Program-made: the position numbers and the translations under genes
Notes under the pieces: model-generated
What the model saw: the letters and a program-made list of their open reading frames with translations, nothing else
Database searches by the model: none
What the model was told of the DNA's origin: nothing
In this document: positions 25,177 through 36,823 of the stretch, piece after piece
Position numbering within the stretch: the stretch's first letter is position 1
Layout of the letters: each line of letters starts with the position of its first letter
Source: Candidatus Limivicinus sp.
Lineage (GTDB): Bacteria; Bacillota; Clostridia; Oscillospirales; Oscillospiraceae
Assembly (NCBI GenBank): GCA_048477415.1
Contig: DBGBEC010000311.1
Coordinates: 1 to 43,757 of the forward strand
DNA length: 43,757 nucleotides
Direction: 5' to 3'

Positions 25177-26061
25177 TCAATATACAATGCGCTCCCGCGC
25201 CACCAGCCTGTTTATAACAACAGAGACAAGCAGGCACTGGGCCACCAGCATGACCGCCGCAGTGCAGCCGTAGCCGTAATTGCCCACTATAAATGCGGAG
25301 CGGTACATCAGATAAGTCAGAGTATAGGTCTGGGTGCCCGGGCCGCCGCCGGTCATGATGTTCATGCTGGCAAAGGCGTTTAGGCCGCCGGTTATGGCAA
25401 TTATCAGGCAATATTTGTAGGTCTCCTGCATGAGCGGTATGCTTATTTTTATATGAGCGCGCAGCTTTGAGCAGCCATCCAGCCGCGCCGCCTCAAAATA
25501 ATGATCGGGTATGGAGTTTACCGCCGACAAAAGCAGAATGAACTGATATCCGGTAAACTGCCAGGTGTTGACCACCGCAATGGCGATTATGGCCGAGTTC
25601 CCGTCCCCGCCAAGCCAGTTCTGCCTGTAGCTCAGGCCCAGCGTCTCAAACAGCTTATTTATCAGGCCATGATCCGCGTTATACATGGACAGCCAAAGCT
25701 GGGAAACGACGGTGATCGACAAAACCGCAGGGACATAGTAGGAAATACGGAAAAACTTTTTTTCTATCCTGCCGGAATCCTTTACGGCGAAGGCCAGCAG
25801 CGTAGCCAGTGGGACCTGCACGCATACCTGGATAAGGGCAAAGATCGTTCCATTTTTCAGGCCGGTGTAGAAAATCGGGTCTTTTAATATTCTGGCGTAG
25901 TTTTTCAGCCCGTTAAAGACGGCCGCATTCAGGCCGTCCCATTGGGTGAAGCTGTGCACGAGCAGGATACACAGCGGATAGAGCACCATGACGCCGATCA
26001 GTATCACAGTTGGCGCGATGAGCAGCGTTATCATGGCTTTATTGCCCAGATATTTTTTCAT
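25177..26061 (-). CDS. Carbohydrate ABC transporter permease (MalF/CUT1-type)
   Basis: The EAA loop reads FEAARLDGCSKLRAHIKISIPLM. The start is at MKKYLGNKA (26061), preceded by AAAGGGG. Confidence 0.88.
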   Translation of the reverse strand: MKKYLGNKAMITLLIAPTVILIGVMVLYPLCILLVHSFTQWDGLNAAVFNGLKNYARILKDPIFYTGLKNGTIFALIQVCVQVPLATLLAFAVKDSGRIEKKFFRISYYVPAVLSITVVSQLWLSMYNADHGLINKLFETLGLSYRQNWLGGDGNSAIIAIAVVNTWQFTGYQFILLLSAVNSIPDHYFEAARLDGCSKLRAHIKISIPLMQETYKYCLIIAITGGLNAFASMNIMTGGGPGTQTYTLTYLMYRSAFIVGNYGYGCTAAVMLVAQCLLVSVVINRLVARERIVY

Positions 26062-26126
26062 GAAGCGCCCCTTTCTTTCACTGAGGGGTCCCGGCAAGGC
26101 CCAAAACATGCCGGGGCCCCGGCTTA

Positions 26127-27452
26127 TCAGTCGCCTGTGACAAGGGCAACGCTTTCAATAAACTCCTCCGCGGTCATTACTCCCGCAAGAAGGCTCTGAG
26201 TCCCCTCGCCAATGACCGTATAGAGCTCCATATTGGCGCCGCTGCCGGCAAGGACGGTGGTGCTGGTCGCCATGCTTGTATACTCGCTCAATTTCGCGTT
26301 CATGGGGACCTGCTCCACAGCCATTGGAAGCTCGCACTTCACAGCGTTATTTGTGGAGCCGCGCTGAGTATAGTTATACTCCGAGTATTTTTCCGCGAGA
26401 TAGCAGGCTACCTCAACAGCCTCGTCAAAATGCTCGCTCCAGGCGCTTACGCCAAAGCCGGCCGCGTAGCCGTATCCGCCGGAAAACGCGTACATGGAAG
26501 ATTCCACAGTATCGGGAGAGGCCGCCGGAAACTGGATCCAGTCCACCTCATCCCCAAGCTTCTCTGTGGATGAGGCTATCTCCCACTGTCCGTTGAGGAA
26601 CATTGCCGCCTCCCGGTTATACCAGAGGTTCGTGGCCTGTTCATAATTCAGCGTGGTCACTCCGGTGGGAAAGGCCCCTGCCTCCGCGAGAGCCTGAAGG
26701 TCCTGGGCCGCCTTCAGATAGCCTTCCTCACGGATATTACGCGTCCCGTCCTGAAGTCCGGTCAGTCCCTCCGGTATATACCTGGTCACGATACCGTCAT
26801 ATAGGGTGTTGCAGATCCACTGCTCCTTGCCGAATATGGGCAGGACCGTTACGCCCTTGGCGGACAAGGTCTCGGCGGCAGAGATCCATTCGTCGATGGT
26901 GGCGGGTATCTCAACGCCGTTCTCTTCAAAGATCGCCTTGTTGACAAACAGCAGTGCTACCTCGTTCCCGGTAAATGGCAGGGTGTATATCTTTCCATCG
27001 CTGTGATACAGCTTGGATGTGGCCGTGGGGAGCACCTTGTCGACAAAGCCGTTTGCCTCCACTTTTTCCGTAAGGTCTACCACGGCACCCGCCTCTATCA
27101 TAGAGTCCAAAAGCTGCGCCCCGGCTATCCCGAAGATATCAGGCATATCCCCGGTGGCGACCATGGACTTAAGCTTCACCCCGTCGTCGGCCGGCATAGC
27201 GTCCAGCTCCAGCGTCACCCAGGGCATGTCTCTCGCAAGGCACTCCACCGCGTAATCATAGGGCTTTATCGTGTCGTCGTCTGAATAGCGCACATAGACG
27301 CGAAGAGTGATCGGCTCATGTTCGGCGCTTTCTCCCGCAGCGGGCTGTGCCTCCGCCGGGTCCTTCTCCGCCGGGCCTGCCTGGTCCGTGCCGCAGGCCG
27401 CCATGGAAAACAGCAGCACCAGGGTCATAAGCAGCGCAATTAGTTTTTTCAT
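26127..27452 (-). CDS. ABC transporter extracellular sugar-binding lipoprotein (SBP family 1)
   Basis: The signal peptide and lipobox read MKKLIALLMTLVLLFSMAAC. The start at 27452 follows AGGAGGAAAAGAA. It is the first gene of the operon. Confidence 0.88.
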   Translation of the reverse strand: MKKLIALLMTLVLLFSMAACGTDQAGPAEKDPAEAQPAAGESAEHEPITLRVYVRYSDDDTIKPYDYAVECLARDMPWVTLELDAMPADDGVKLKSMVATGDMPDIFGIAGAQLLDSMIEAGAVVDLTEKVEANGFVDKVLPTATSKLYHSDGKIYTLPFTGNEVALLFVNKAIFEENGVEIPATIDEWISAAETLSAKGVTVLPIFGKEQWICNTLYDGIVTRYIPEGLTGLQDGTRNIREEGYLKAAQDLQALAEAGAFPTGVTTLNYEQATNLWYNREAAMFLNGQWEIASSTEKLGDEVDWIQFPAASPDTVESSMYAFSGGYGYAAGFGVSAWSEHFDEAVEVACYLAEKYSEYNYTQRGSTNNAVKCELPMAVEQVPMNAKLSEYTSMATSTTVLAGSGANMELYTVIGEGTQSLLAGVMTAEEFIESVALVTGD

Positions 27453-27500
27453 TTCTTTTCCTCCTATTTTTTTATAAGCCGAGCCAATTGGCACAGGATC

Positions 27501-27529
27501 GAAAAATAGTCGTGCTTCGGCTATTTTTC
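27501..27529 (-). promoter_or_regulatory. Hairpin in the 5' leader of the SBP operon
   Basis: GAAAAATAG pairs with CTATTTTTC (9 bp, extendable with one mismatch). It lies about 50 nt upstream of the SBP ATG. Its function (attenuator or stabiliser) is unknown. Confidence 0.35.
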
Positions 27530-27635
27530 AGAATATAGCCGCCCTGATATTCCCGCTCGAGGCAGCTTGTACGATACATTTAATTATGCACACGGAGTCG
27601 CTTTTGTACATGGAATTTTCGTTTATCGCTTGTAA

Positions 27636-30896
<3,261 letters not shown>

Positions 30897-30939
30897 AAAA
30901 AGCCGCCGATCGGTAAAACTCTTGCAAGGAGGCGCTGAC

Positions 30940-31713
30940 ATGGCTTTTGACCTTTCAGCCAAGCTCGATCCAAATGCGCCGAGAGCCATATATCTACAAC
31001 TGCTTGACATAATAGAAACGCAGATCACAGAAAAGAAGCTCGCCCCGGGGGATATGCTCCCCTCTGAAAACGAGCTGTGCGAGTCCTTCCATATAAGCCG
31101 CACGACCGTTCGCCTGGCCTTGCACGAGCTTGAGCTGCGCGGTCTCATCATGCGCAGACGGGGTATTGGCACATTTATAATGGAACCCAAGATCTCCCGA
31201 CAGTTGGGGAACCTCTACAGCTTTACGGAGGACATGAAAAAGATCGGCCTTATGCCCAGCTCAAAGGTCCTGAGCTACAGACTTTTGTCACGGGATGAGT
31301 GCCCCGCACCGATACAGGCCTTTCAGTCCCAGCGCATTATAGAGGTAGTGCGGCTGCGGCTTGCAGACGGGAGACCTATGCTCATCGAAAGGACCCATCT
31401 GCCAGTGGAACTGTGCCCTGATCTGTCCTGGGAGAGGCTTGAAAACAACGCGCTGTATTCCATCCTTTCCGAGCATTACGGTCTCAGGCCCTGTCGGGCG
31501 GTGGAGACATACGAGGCAGCCGTCGTGAACAAGGAAGAGGCCCAGCACCTACAGTGCGAGGCCGGTCAGCCGGCCTTTCTGCTGAAGCGCTCCACCTGGG
31601 ACACGGAGGAAAGGCTTATCGAGTACACAGTCTCCATCATGCCCGGCTCACGCTCAAAGTTTGAGATAAGCATGTACCGCGACAGTGTGCAGGTAGCCAG
31701 GAAAACGCTCTGA
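30940..31713 (+). CDS. GntR-family (HutC/UTRA subfamily) transcriptional regulator
   Basis: The winged HTH reads LPSENELCESFHISRTTVRLALHELELRGLIMRRRGIGTFI and is followed by a UTRA effector domain. The ATG at 30940 follows AAGGAGG. Confidence 0.9.
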   Translation: MAFDLSAKLDPNAPRAIYLQLLDIIETQITEKKLAPGDMLPSENELCESFHISRTTVRLALHELELRGLIMRRRGIGTFIMEPKISRQLGNLYSFTEDMKKIGLMPSSKVLSYRLLSRDECPAPIQAFQSQRIIEVVRLRLADGRPMLIERTHLPVELCPDLSWERLENNALYSILSEHYGLRPCRAVETYEAAVVNKEEAQHLQCEAGQPAFLLKRSTWDTEERLIEYTVSIMPGSRSKFEISMYRDSVQVARKTL

Positions 31714-31755
31714 AGGGGCAGGCCCTATTTCGGCCCGCTTCACGGGAGGTGTCCA

Positions 31756-33486
31756 ATGAAGCAGAGAAGCATCCACAAAAAGCTGACCAGGTCCTATCTG
31801 ATTTTGCTCGTGGCAGTGGTCCTGGTGCTTCTGGCGGGCTTTGTCATGACGCTTTGGCTTAGCGTCCTGCCGAACATGAGCCTCACGATGCAGAGCAAGA
31901 TAAATGAGCTCCAAAGCCGTGTGAGCGAACAGTTTTCCTATCTTGAGCGGGCGGCGGACACAGCCTTTCTCAACCTGAACGGGCTGGAGCCGCAGCTGCT
32001 TCTGGGGGAAGGGGACGGATCTTCTCTCGCCCGGTATAACGCTATAAACAACTGTCTGTATCAGATGAGGCAGGTCTATTCCGATGTGGAGCACGCCTTC
32101 CTGCTCGACACAGCCGGCAGCGCTTACGCGGACAACATTATTCTTGAAGAGCAACTCAGCGGGCAGTTCCCGGCCGAACTGAGCGAGACTTTGGAAGCGG
32201 CCCGCGGTAAGACCCACGTTTTTGGTATCCGCAGCATACCCGGCACCGGCAGCAGCGAACCCCTTCTTCTGGTCGGGAAGATGATACGCTGCATAGACAA
32301 CTGCCAGAAAGTCGGGTATCTGTATGTTGCCGCGGAGCAGACGACCCTGAAAAAGCTATATAATGAGCAGCTCATATGCCGGGGACAGGAAATATATCTC
32401 TGCGGCAGCGACGGGACCGTGCTCTCCTCCACCGATGACAATGCCCTTGGAAAACGCCCCGGTCTCGGCGAGCTGGCGGAGGACAGGCTCTTTGTCCGCT
32501 GCGATGGGAAGATATGCCTGTATAAATGCCTGTACGACGACACGATGCAGGCAACGCTCATCCTCACCATCCCGGCCTTCGAGCTCTACAGGAACAGCGG
32601 GCTGTCCATACTTGTCATCCTGCTGTCCGTCTTCGTAGGTCTCTGCCTGGCCATGTACGAATCCGGCAGCATAACAAGACGTATCCTCACCCCCCTGCTC
32701 AGCCTGACAAAAGCCGTTAACGAGATAAGCGGCGGGAATATGCGGATGCGCTGCCGCGTTGACAAGGTTGAGGACGAGATAAGCCTGCTTGCCGCAAGCT
32801 TCAACAGTATGCTGGACAGGATAGAGCATCTGCTGGAGCAGATACAAAGGGAACACGGGGAAAAGCTCCGGTCCCAGCTCGCTGTGCAGCAGAACAAGAT
32901 ACAGCCCCATTTTCTCTATAACACCATAAACCTAATAAGCGTTCTGTGTGAAATGAAGATGCACGAAGAGGCTTCGCATATGGCGCGGCTCACCGCCCAA
33001 TACTACCGCGGCATACTGAATGATGGGAACGACGTCATCACCATCGGGCAGGAGCTTCAGAACATAGAGCTTTACTTTCAAATCGTCCTCACCGGCAGGA
33101 AAGGCTTTTTTGAATATTCCATTGACTGCTGCGAGAGCGCTAAGGCCGCGCCCATACCCAAAATGTCGCTTCAGCCTCTTGTTGAAAACGCGGTCAAATA
33201 TGCTTTTGTCGGCCGTGAAAACAACCGCATCCACATCCGCGCCGAGGCGGAGGGCGGGATGATCTCCATCACCGTGAAAGACAACGGAATAGGCCTTACG
33301 AAGGATGAGTTCTCGCAGAAAATGGAGCGCCGCCAGGAGGGGCACTTCGGCATATACAGCGTGTGCGAGCGCATGAAGCTTCTCTGCGGCGGGAACTTTG
33401 TCCTGGAAGCCCGGAGCCATCAGGGCCCCGGAGCCGAGATCCTGCTGGCTTATAATCTGTCCGCCATAGAGGAAGGCATCGTCTAA
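31756..33486 (+). CDS. YesM-type sensor histidine kinase (two TM segments, HAMP, His_kinase, HATPase_c)
   Basis: The H-box is LAVQQNKIQPHFLYNTINLI, the HAMP region reads ITRRILTPLLSLTKAVNEISGGN, and the ATPase region contains PLVENAVKYAF and DNGIGL. Confidence 0.9.
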   Translation: MKQRSIHKKLTRSYLILLVAVVLVLLAGFVMTLWLSVLPNMSLTMQSKINELQSRVSEQFSYLERAADTAFLNLNGLEPQLLLGEGDGSSLARYNAINNCLYQMRQVYSDVEHAFLLDTAGSAYADNIILEEQLSGQFPAELSETLEAARGKTHVFGIRSIPGTGSSEPLLLVGKMIRCIDNCQKVGYLYVAAEQTTLKKLYNEQLICRGQEIYLCGSDGTVLSSTDDNALGKRPGLGELAEDRLFVRCDGKICLYKCLYDDTMQATLILTIPAFELYRNSGLSILVILLSVFVGLCLAMYESGSITRRILTPLLSLTKAVNEISGGNMRMRCRVDKVEDEISLLAASFNSMLDRIEHLLEQIQREHGEKLRSQLAVQQNKIQPHFLYNTINLISVLCEMKMHEEASHMARLTAQYYRGILNDGNDVITIGQELQNIELYFQIVLTGRKGFFEYSIDCCESAKAAPIPKMSLQPLVENAVKYAFVGRENNRIHIRAEAEGGMISITVKDNGIGLTKDEFSQKMERRQEGHFGIYSVCERMKLLCGGNFVLEARSHQGPGAEILLAYNLSAIEEGIV

Positions 33487-33534
33487 GCCCCTAATTGGGG
33501 GAGCGTTGAGAGCTGAAAAGGGAGGTGCTCCGTC

Positions 33535-34644
33535 TTGCTGAAGATTTTGATAGCCGATGATGACGATATTTTTGCCGGCTTTGTACAGACCTGCGTGGAC
33601 TGGAGCGCCCTTGGCGCCCAAGCGCCGGCAAGGGCAAAGACCGGGCCCGAGGCCGCGGACCTCGCTCTCAGGCTCCGCCCGGATATAGTTATAATGGATG
33701 TGGAAATGCCGGGGTGCAGCGGGCTTGAATGTGTTGAAAAGATACGCCGAAGCGGAAACAACTGCGAAATTCTGCTGGTGACTGGCTACGACGAGTTCAG
33801 ATACGCCCAGTGCGGCGCGAGCTACGGCGTCACGGATATCATGCTGAAGCCCGTAAGCAGGCAGGAGCTTCAGCTACAGCTATGCAGTATCGTGAACAAG
33901 CACTGGATAAAGCGCGTTTCATCCCTGGTAATGGAAAGCCTCATGGGTAAAAGCCGACCTATCGGCATACTCAATCTGTTCGAGGAAGATCTTCCCAAGG
34001 GCTCGGTAATCGACCTGGCGGCGGAAATAATGAATTCCGTGATAGAAAACAAGCTTTCAGACCTGGCCGGACATATCTCCCGTTATATGCACGCGCTGGA
34101 AAGCTGGCGCGCGCCGAACAGCCAAATGCTCTGGATGTACAGCTTTCCCGGGCTGATCTGCGCGGAGCTTCTGCAAGAGAGCGAGGCTGTCAACATCCCG
34201 GCCCCTCTTAACGACAGACACGAGCTTGCCGGCGCTATCCAGGCAGCGCTGTTCTCCCGCACGGTAGATCAGACCCTTGCCGAGCTCTGCACCCAGACCG
34301 CCGCCATACTTCAGGGGCAGCACAAAAACGGCAGCTCCCAAGCCGTGGAAGATGCATACAGAATGATACTCGACAATTATTCCGACCCAAAATTCAGCGT
34401 CGCCGCCCTGGCTGAGGCCACCCATTTCTGCGAATCCTATCTAAGAAGAGTTTTTAAGGCCGAATTTGGGCGGTCTCCAAACTCACTTTTGAAGGAAATA
34501 CGGATGAATCAGGCCAGAAAGCTTATATCCGGCGGAAACATGCAGATACAACAGGCCGCACGCCTTGTGGGTTTTGACGACGCGGCCTATTTCAGCAAGT
34601 GCTTCAAGCAGTTCTTCGGCTATTCACCCTCGGAACAGAAATAG
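33535..34644 (+). CDS. YesN-type response regulator (receiver domain + AraC-family HTH)
   Basis: The receiver domain reads ILIADDDDIF...IVIMDVEMPGCSGLE. The C-terminal AraC HTH reads YLRRVFKAEFGRSPNSLLKEIRMNQARKLI...AARLVGFDDAAYFSKCFKQFFGYSP. The TTG start lies 9 nt after GGGAGG. Confidence 0.88.
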   Translation: MLKILIADDDDIFAGFVQTCVDWSALGAQAPARAKTGPEAADLALRLRPDIVIMDVEMPGCSGLECVEKIRRSGNNCEILLVTGYDEFRYAQCGASYGVTDIMLKPVSRQELQLQLCSIVNKHWIKRVSSLVMESLMGKSRPIGILNLFEEDLPKGSVIDLAAEIMNSVIENKLSDLAGHISRYMHALESWRAPNSQMLWMYSFPGLICAELLQESEAVNIPAPLNDRHELAGAIQAALFSRTVDQTLAELCTQTAAILQGQHKNGSSQAVEDAYRMILDNYSDPKFSVAALAEATHFCESYLRRVFKAEFGRSPNSLLKEIRMNQARKLISGGNMQIQQAARLVGFDDAAYFSKCFKQFFGYSPSEQK

Positions 34645-34720
34645 CAATATGCCGCCCTTGCCCCGGCACAGCCGTGAGGCGCCGCTAAGTGTTTCGGGGC
34701 TTCGACATCCAACAAAATAT

Positions 34721-34758
34721 CAGCCCGCCGAAAAAGCTTTGGCTTCTTCGGCAGGCTG
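34721..34758 (-). terminator. Imperfect 17-bp hairpin, probable terminator of the GT2 gene
   Basis: CAGCCCGCCGAAAAAGC pairs with GCTTCTTCGGCAGGCTG (two mismatches) around a TTTG loop. On the minus strand it is followed by ATATTTTGTT. Confidence 0.5.
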
Positions 34759-34762
34759 AGGT

Positions 34763-34788
34763 CTCCGGCCCCCTGGGTCGGAGTTTTC
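34763..34788 (+). terminator. Small hairpin plus TTTT, probable terminator of the yesMN transcript
   Basis: CTCCGGCCC pairs with GGGTCGGAG (one G-U) and is followed by TTTTCC. Confidence 0.45.
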
Positions 34789-34803
34789 CTATACTCAGGA
34801 GCT

Positions 34804-35859
34804 TTATTTTCTGTGTTTCAGGCTCATGAAGAGTTTTGGGGCGGCTTTTCCTGTCAGGGTCACGAGGTGGAAGCCCGCTTTTATCAGGGCTGGGGAGCCG
34901 CTGCGGAGGAGAGCACAGAGGACCGCTGTGGGCAGGCCGCCGGAGCAGTCGCGGCAGCGGCGCTTCACCCGGGGCTCGGCCGATATTTTTTCTATCTCCG
35001 CCCGCTTTTCCCCGGGGCTGAGGGTGCAGGAGGGGGCGAAAAGGGTAGTGAGGCAGGAAAACACGCTTTTTGCGAACATATATCGGAGATCCCGCTGGCT
35101 CTCCTCCGGCAGGCCAAAGCTCCGGCAGAGCTCTTCCGCCCGGCTGTCTATCTCCAGGCAGACGGCAAACTTCTTATCATACCAGCGGCTTATAAGGCTC
35201 TCCCCCGGGTGCATGATATAGCGGTATTTGCACTGGGGCAGCACCTGGACGGAGCAGCCCGCCTCCAGGCAGTCGAAGATGAACAGCCTGTCCTCTCCCC
35301 AGCGGAAATCCCTGAAGACGATGCCCCGCTCTTTTATAAGCTGGGTCTTATACAGCTTGCCCCAGACCTGGTTCAGAAGATTTGCCGTATACAGCCGGGC
35401 AAAGCTCTGCCCAAAGTCCGGGGCGGGGATAAACTGCTCCCGCTCCTGATAGTCTCTGGAGCTGCCGTCGGCGGAGATGATGGAAAAGCCGAAGACCGTA
35501 AGCTCCGCGCCGGAACCCGCCCCCTTCAGGGCATATTCCACCGCGTCCTCCGCCAGCTCATCATCAGAGTCGATAAACATCACATAGTCGCTCTCCGGGG
35601 ACAGGGCCTCCAGCCCCCGGTTCCGGGCAAGGGCAGGGCCCCCGTTTTCAACATGTATGGGCCGCAGCCGGCTGTCTTTTCGGGCCAGGGCGTCCAGCCT
35701 GGGGCCGGTCCCGTCCTTTGAGCCGTCGTTCACCGCTATAAGCTCTATGTTCCGCCAGCTCTGGCTGAGCACGCTGCTGACAGAGGCCTCTATCCAGGAC
35801 TCAGCGTTATAGGCGGGCATCACAATGGAGACAAGGGGACATCTCTTTTCCTCAGACAT
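34804..35859 (-). CDS. Family 2 glycosyltransferase
   Basis: The N-terminal GT-A signature reads VSIVMPAYNAESWIEASVSSVLSQSWRNIELIAVNDGSKDGT, and DSDD occurs further on. AGGAGG is the RBS. Confidence 0.88.
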   Translation of the reverse strand: MSEEKRCPLVSIVMPAYNAESWIEASVSSVLSQSWRNIELIAVNDGSKDGTGPRLDALARKDSRLRPIHVENGGPALARNRGLEALSPESDYVMFIDSDDELAEDAVEYALKGAGSGAELTVFGFSIISADGSSRDYQEREQFIPAPDFGQSFARLYTANLLNQVWGKLYKTQLIKERGIVFRDFRWGEDRLFIFDCLEAGCSVQVLPQCKYRYIMHPGESLISRWYDKKFAVCLEIDSRAEELCRSFGLPEESQRDLRYMFAKSVFSCLTTLFAPSCTLSPGEKRAEIEKISAEPRVKRRCRDCSGGLPTAVLCALLRSGSPALIKAGFHLVTLTGKAAPKLFMSLKHRK

Positions 35860-35868
35860 AGGCTCCTC

Positions 35869-36540
35869 CTATCCTTCTTCACCGGCCAGGCGGTAAAATT
35901 CCATAAAAAACTGATACATGGGCATAAGCTCCCTGTAGCTCTCTGTCAGCAGGCTGGGGAGCTCCGGCGTGAGCAGGGCCCCGCCGAAGTCCTCCTGATG
36001 GGAAAGGCCGATATGCCGCCGGTTATACCAGCGGTTTATAAGCTCCCCCCTGTCCCCCTTTGGCCGTTTATACTCTTCACCTGTGACGGCGTAGCGGCCG
36101 GAGGCCTCTATCCCGCGGGCAAGGCGGACGAAGCGGGAGGGGTTCGCGTCAACGGTGCGGCGGAAAGCGGCCATCTGGCTGGGGCTGGCCTCGTAAAAGC
36201 CCATACCATAGCTGTAGCAGGAGGCCCCGATCTCGAACCAGAGCATGGGCCCCTCGCCCTCTATCTCCCCCGCCTTGAACGACAGCCACATATGGTCCTT
36301 ATAGGGTCCCCGGCCGAAAAGCCGCCGGGCGTCCCTGTATATGCGGGAGATGTGCACCTGCCAGTCTTCCCCGGGGAATTTTTCCGCCATGAGAGCCGCC
36401 GTGTCAGCGGCCAGAGCCTTCATTGGTCTGAGCAGGCAGCGCTCATACTGTTCCTTGTGCCGCAAAAACCAGGGACGCTCATTGTTGAAGCTCAGCTCCC
36501 ACAGGAAGTCCCCTGTCTCTTTCGTAAATCCGGTGAACAT
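35869..36540 (-). CDS. DUF2461 (TIGR02453) family protein
   Basis: The family-typical opening is FTGFTKETGDFLWELSFNNERPWFLRHKEQYE. It is 223 aa long, with a GAGGT RBS. Confidence 0.75.
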   Translation of the reverse strand: MFTGFTKETGDFLWELSFNNERPWFLRHKEQYERCLLRPMKALAADTAALMAEKFPGEDWQVHISRIYRDARRLFGRGPYKDHMWLSFKAGEIEGEGPMLWFEIGASCYSYGMGFYEASPSQMAAFRRTVDANPSRFVRLARGIEASGRYAVTGEEYKRPKGDRGELINRWYNRRHIGLSHQEDFGGALLTPELPSLLTESYRELMPMYQFFMEFYRLAGEEG

Positions 36541-36823
36541 TTTTTACCTCGCTGAAGATAGATCGTTTCTAAAAACTTCTGTACCGTATCTTAACACAGT
36601 TTTTCTCTTTTATCAACAAAGCTCCAAGCCAACACCCTATACAAGAACCAGAAATGATGATATAATAGCCGCGCTGCGGCTATTATAGAGATTATTTCAC
36701 CTCCTTTTTCTCGCCCCTGACGGGGCAGCCGAAAAAGATGATACGATGCATTCCAGATTTTCAGGCTTTTCAGCTTTTCACCGCGATGATCGCGGTATAC
36801 AATGACAAAAGAAGGAGCGGCAA

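Noticed and set aside
36541-36823. A possible c-di-AMP (ydaO/kimA-type) riboswitch upstream of trkA.
   Set aside because: K+ transporters are often preceded by this riboswitch. I could not find its conserved pseudo-symmetric core motifs, only generic hairpins. A covariance-model scan would be needed to overturn this.
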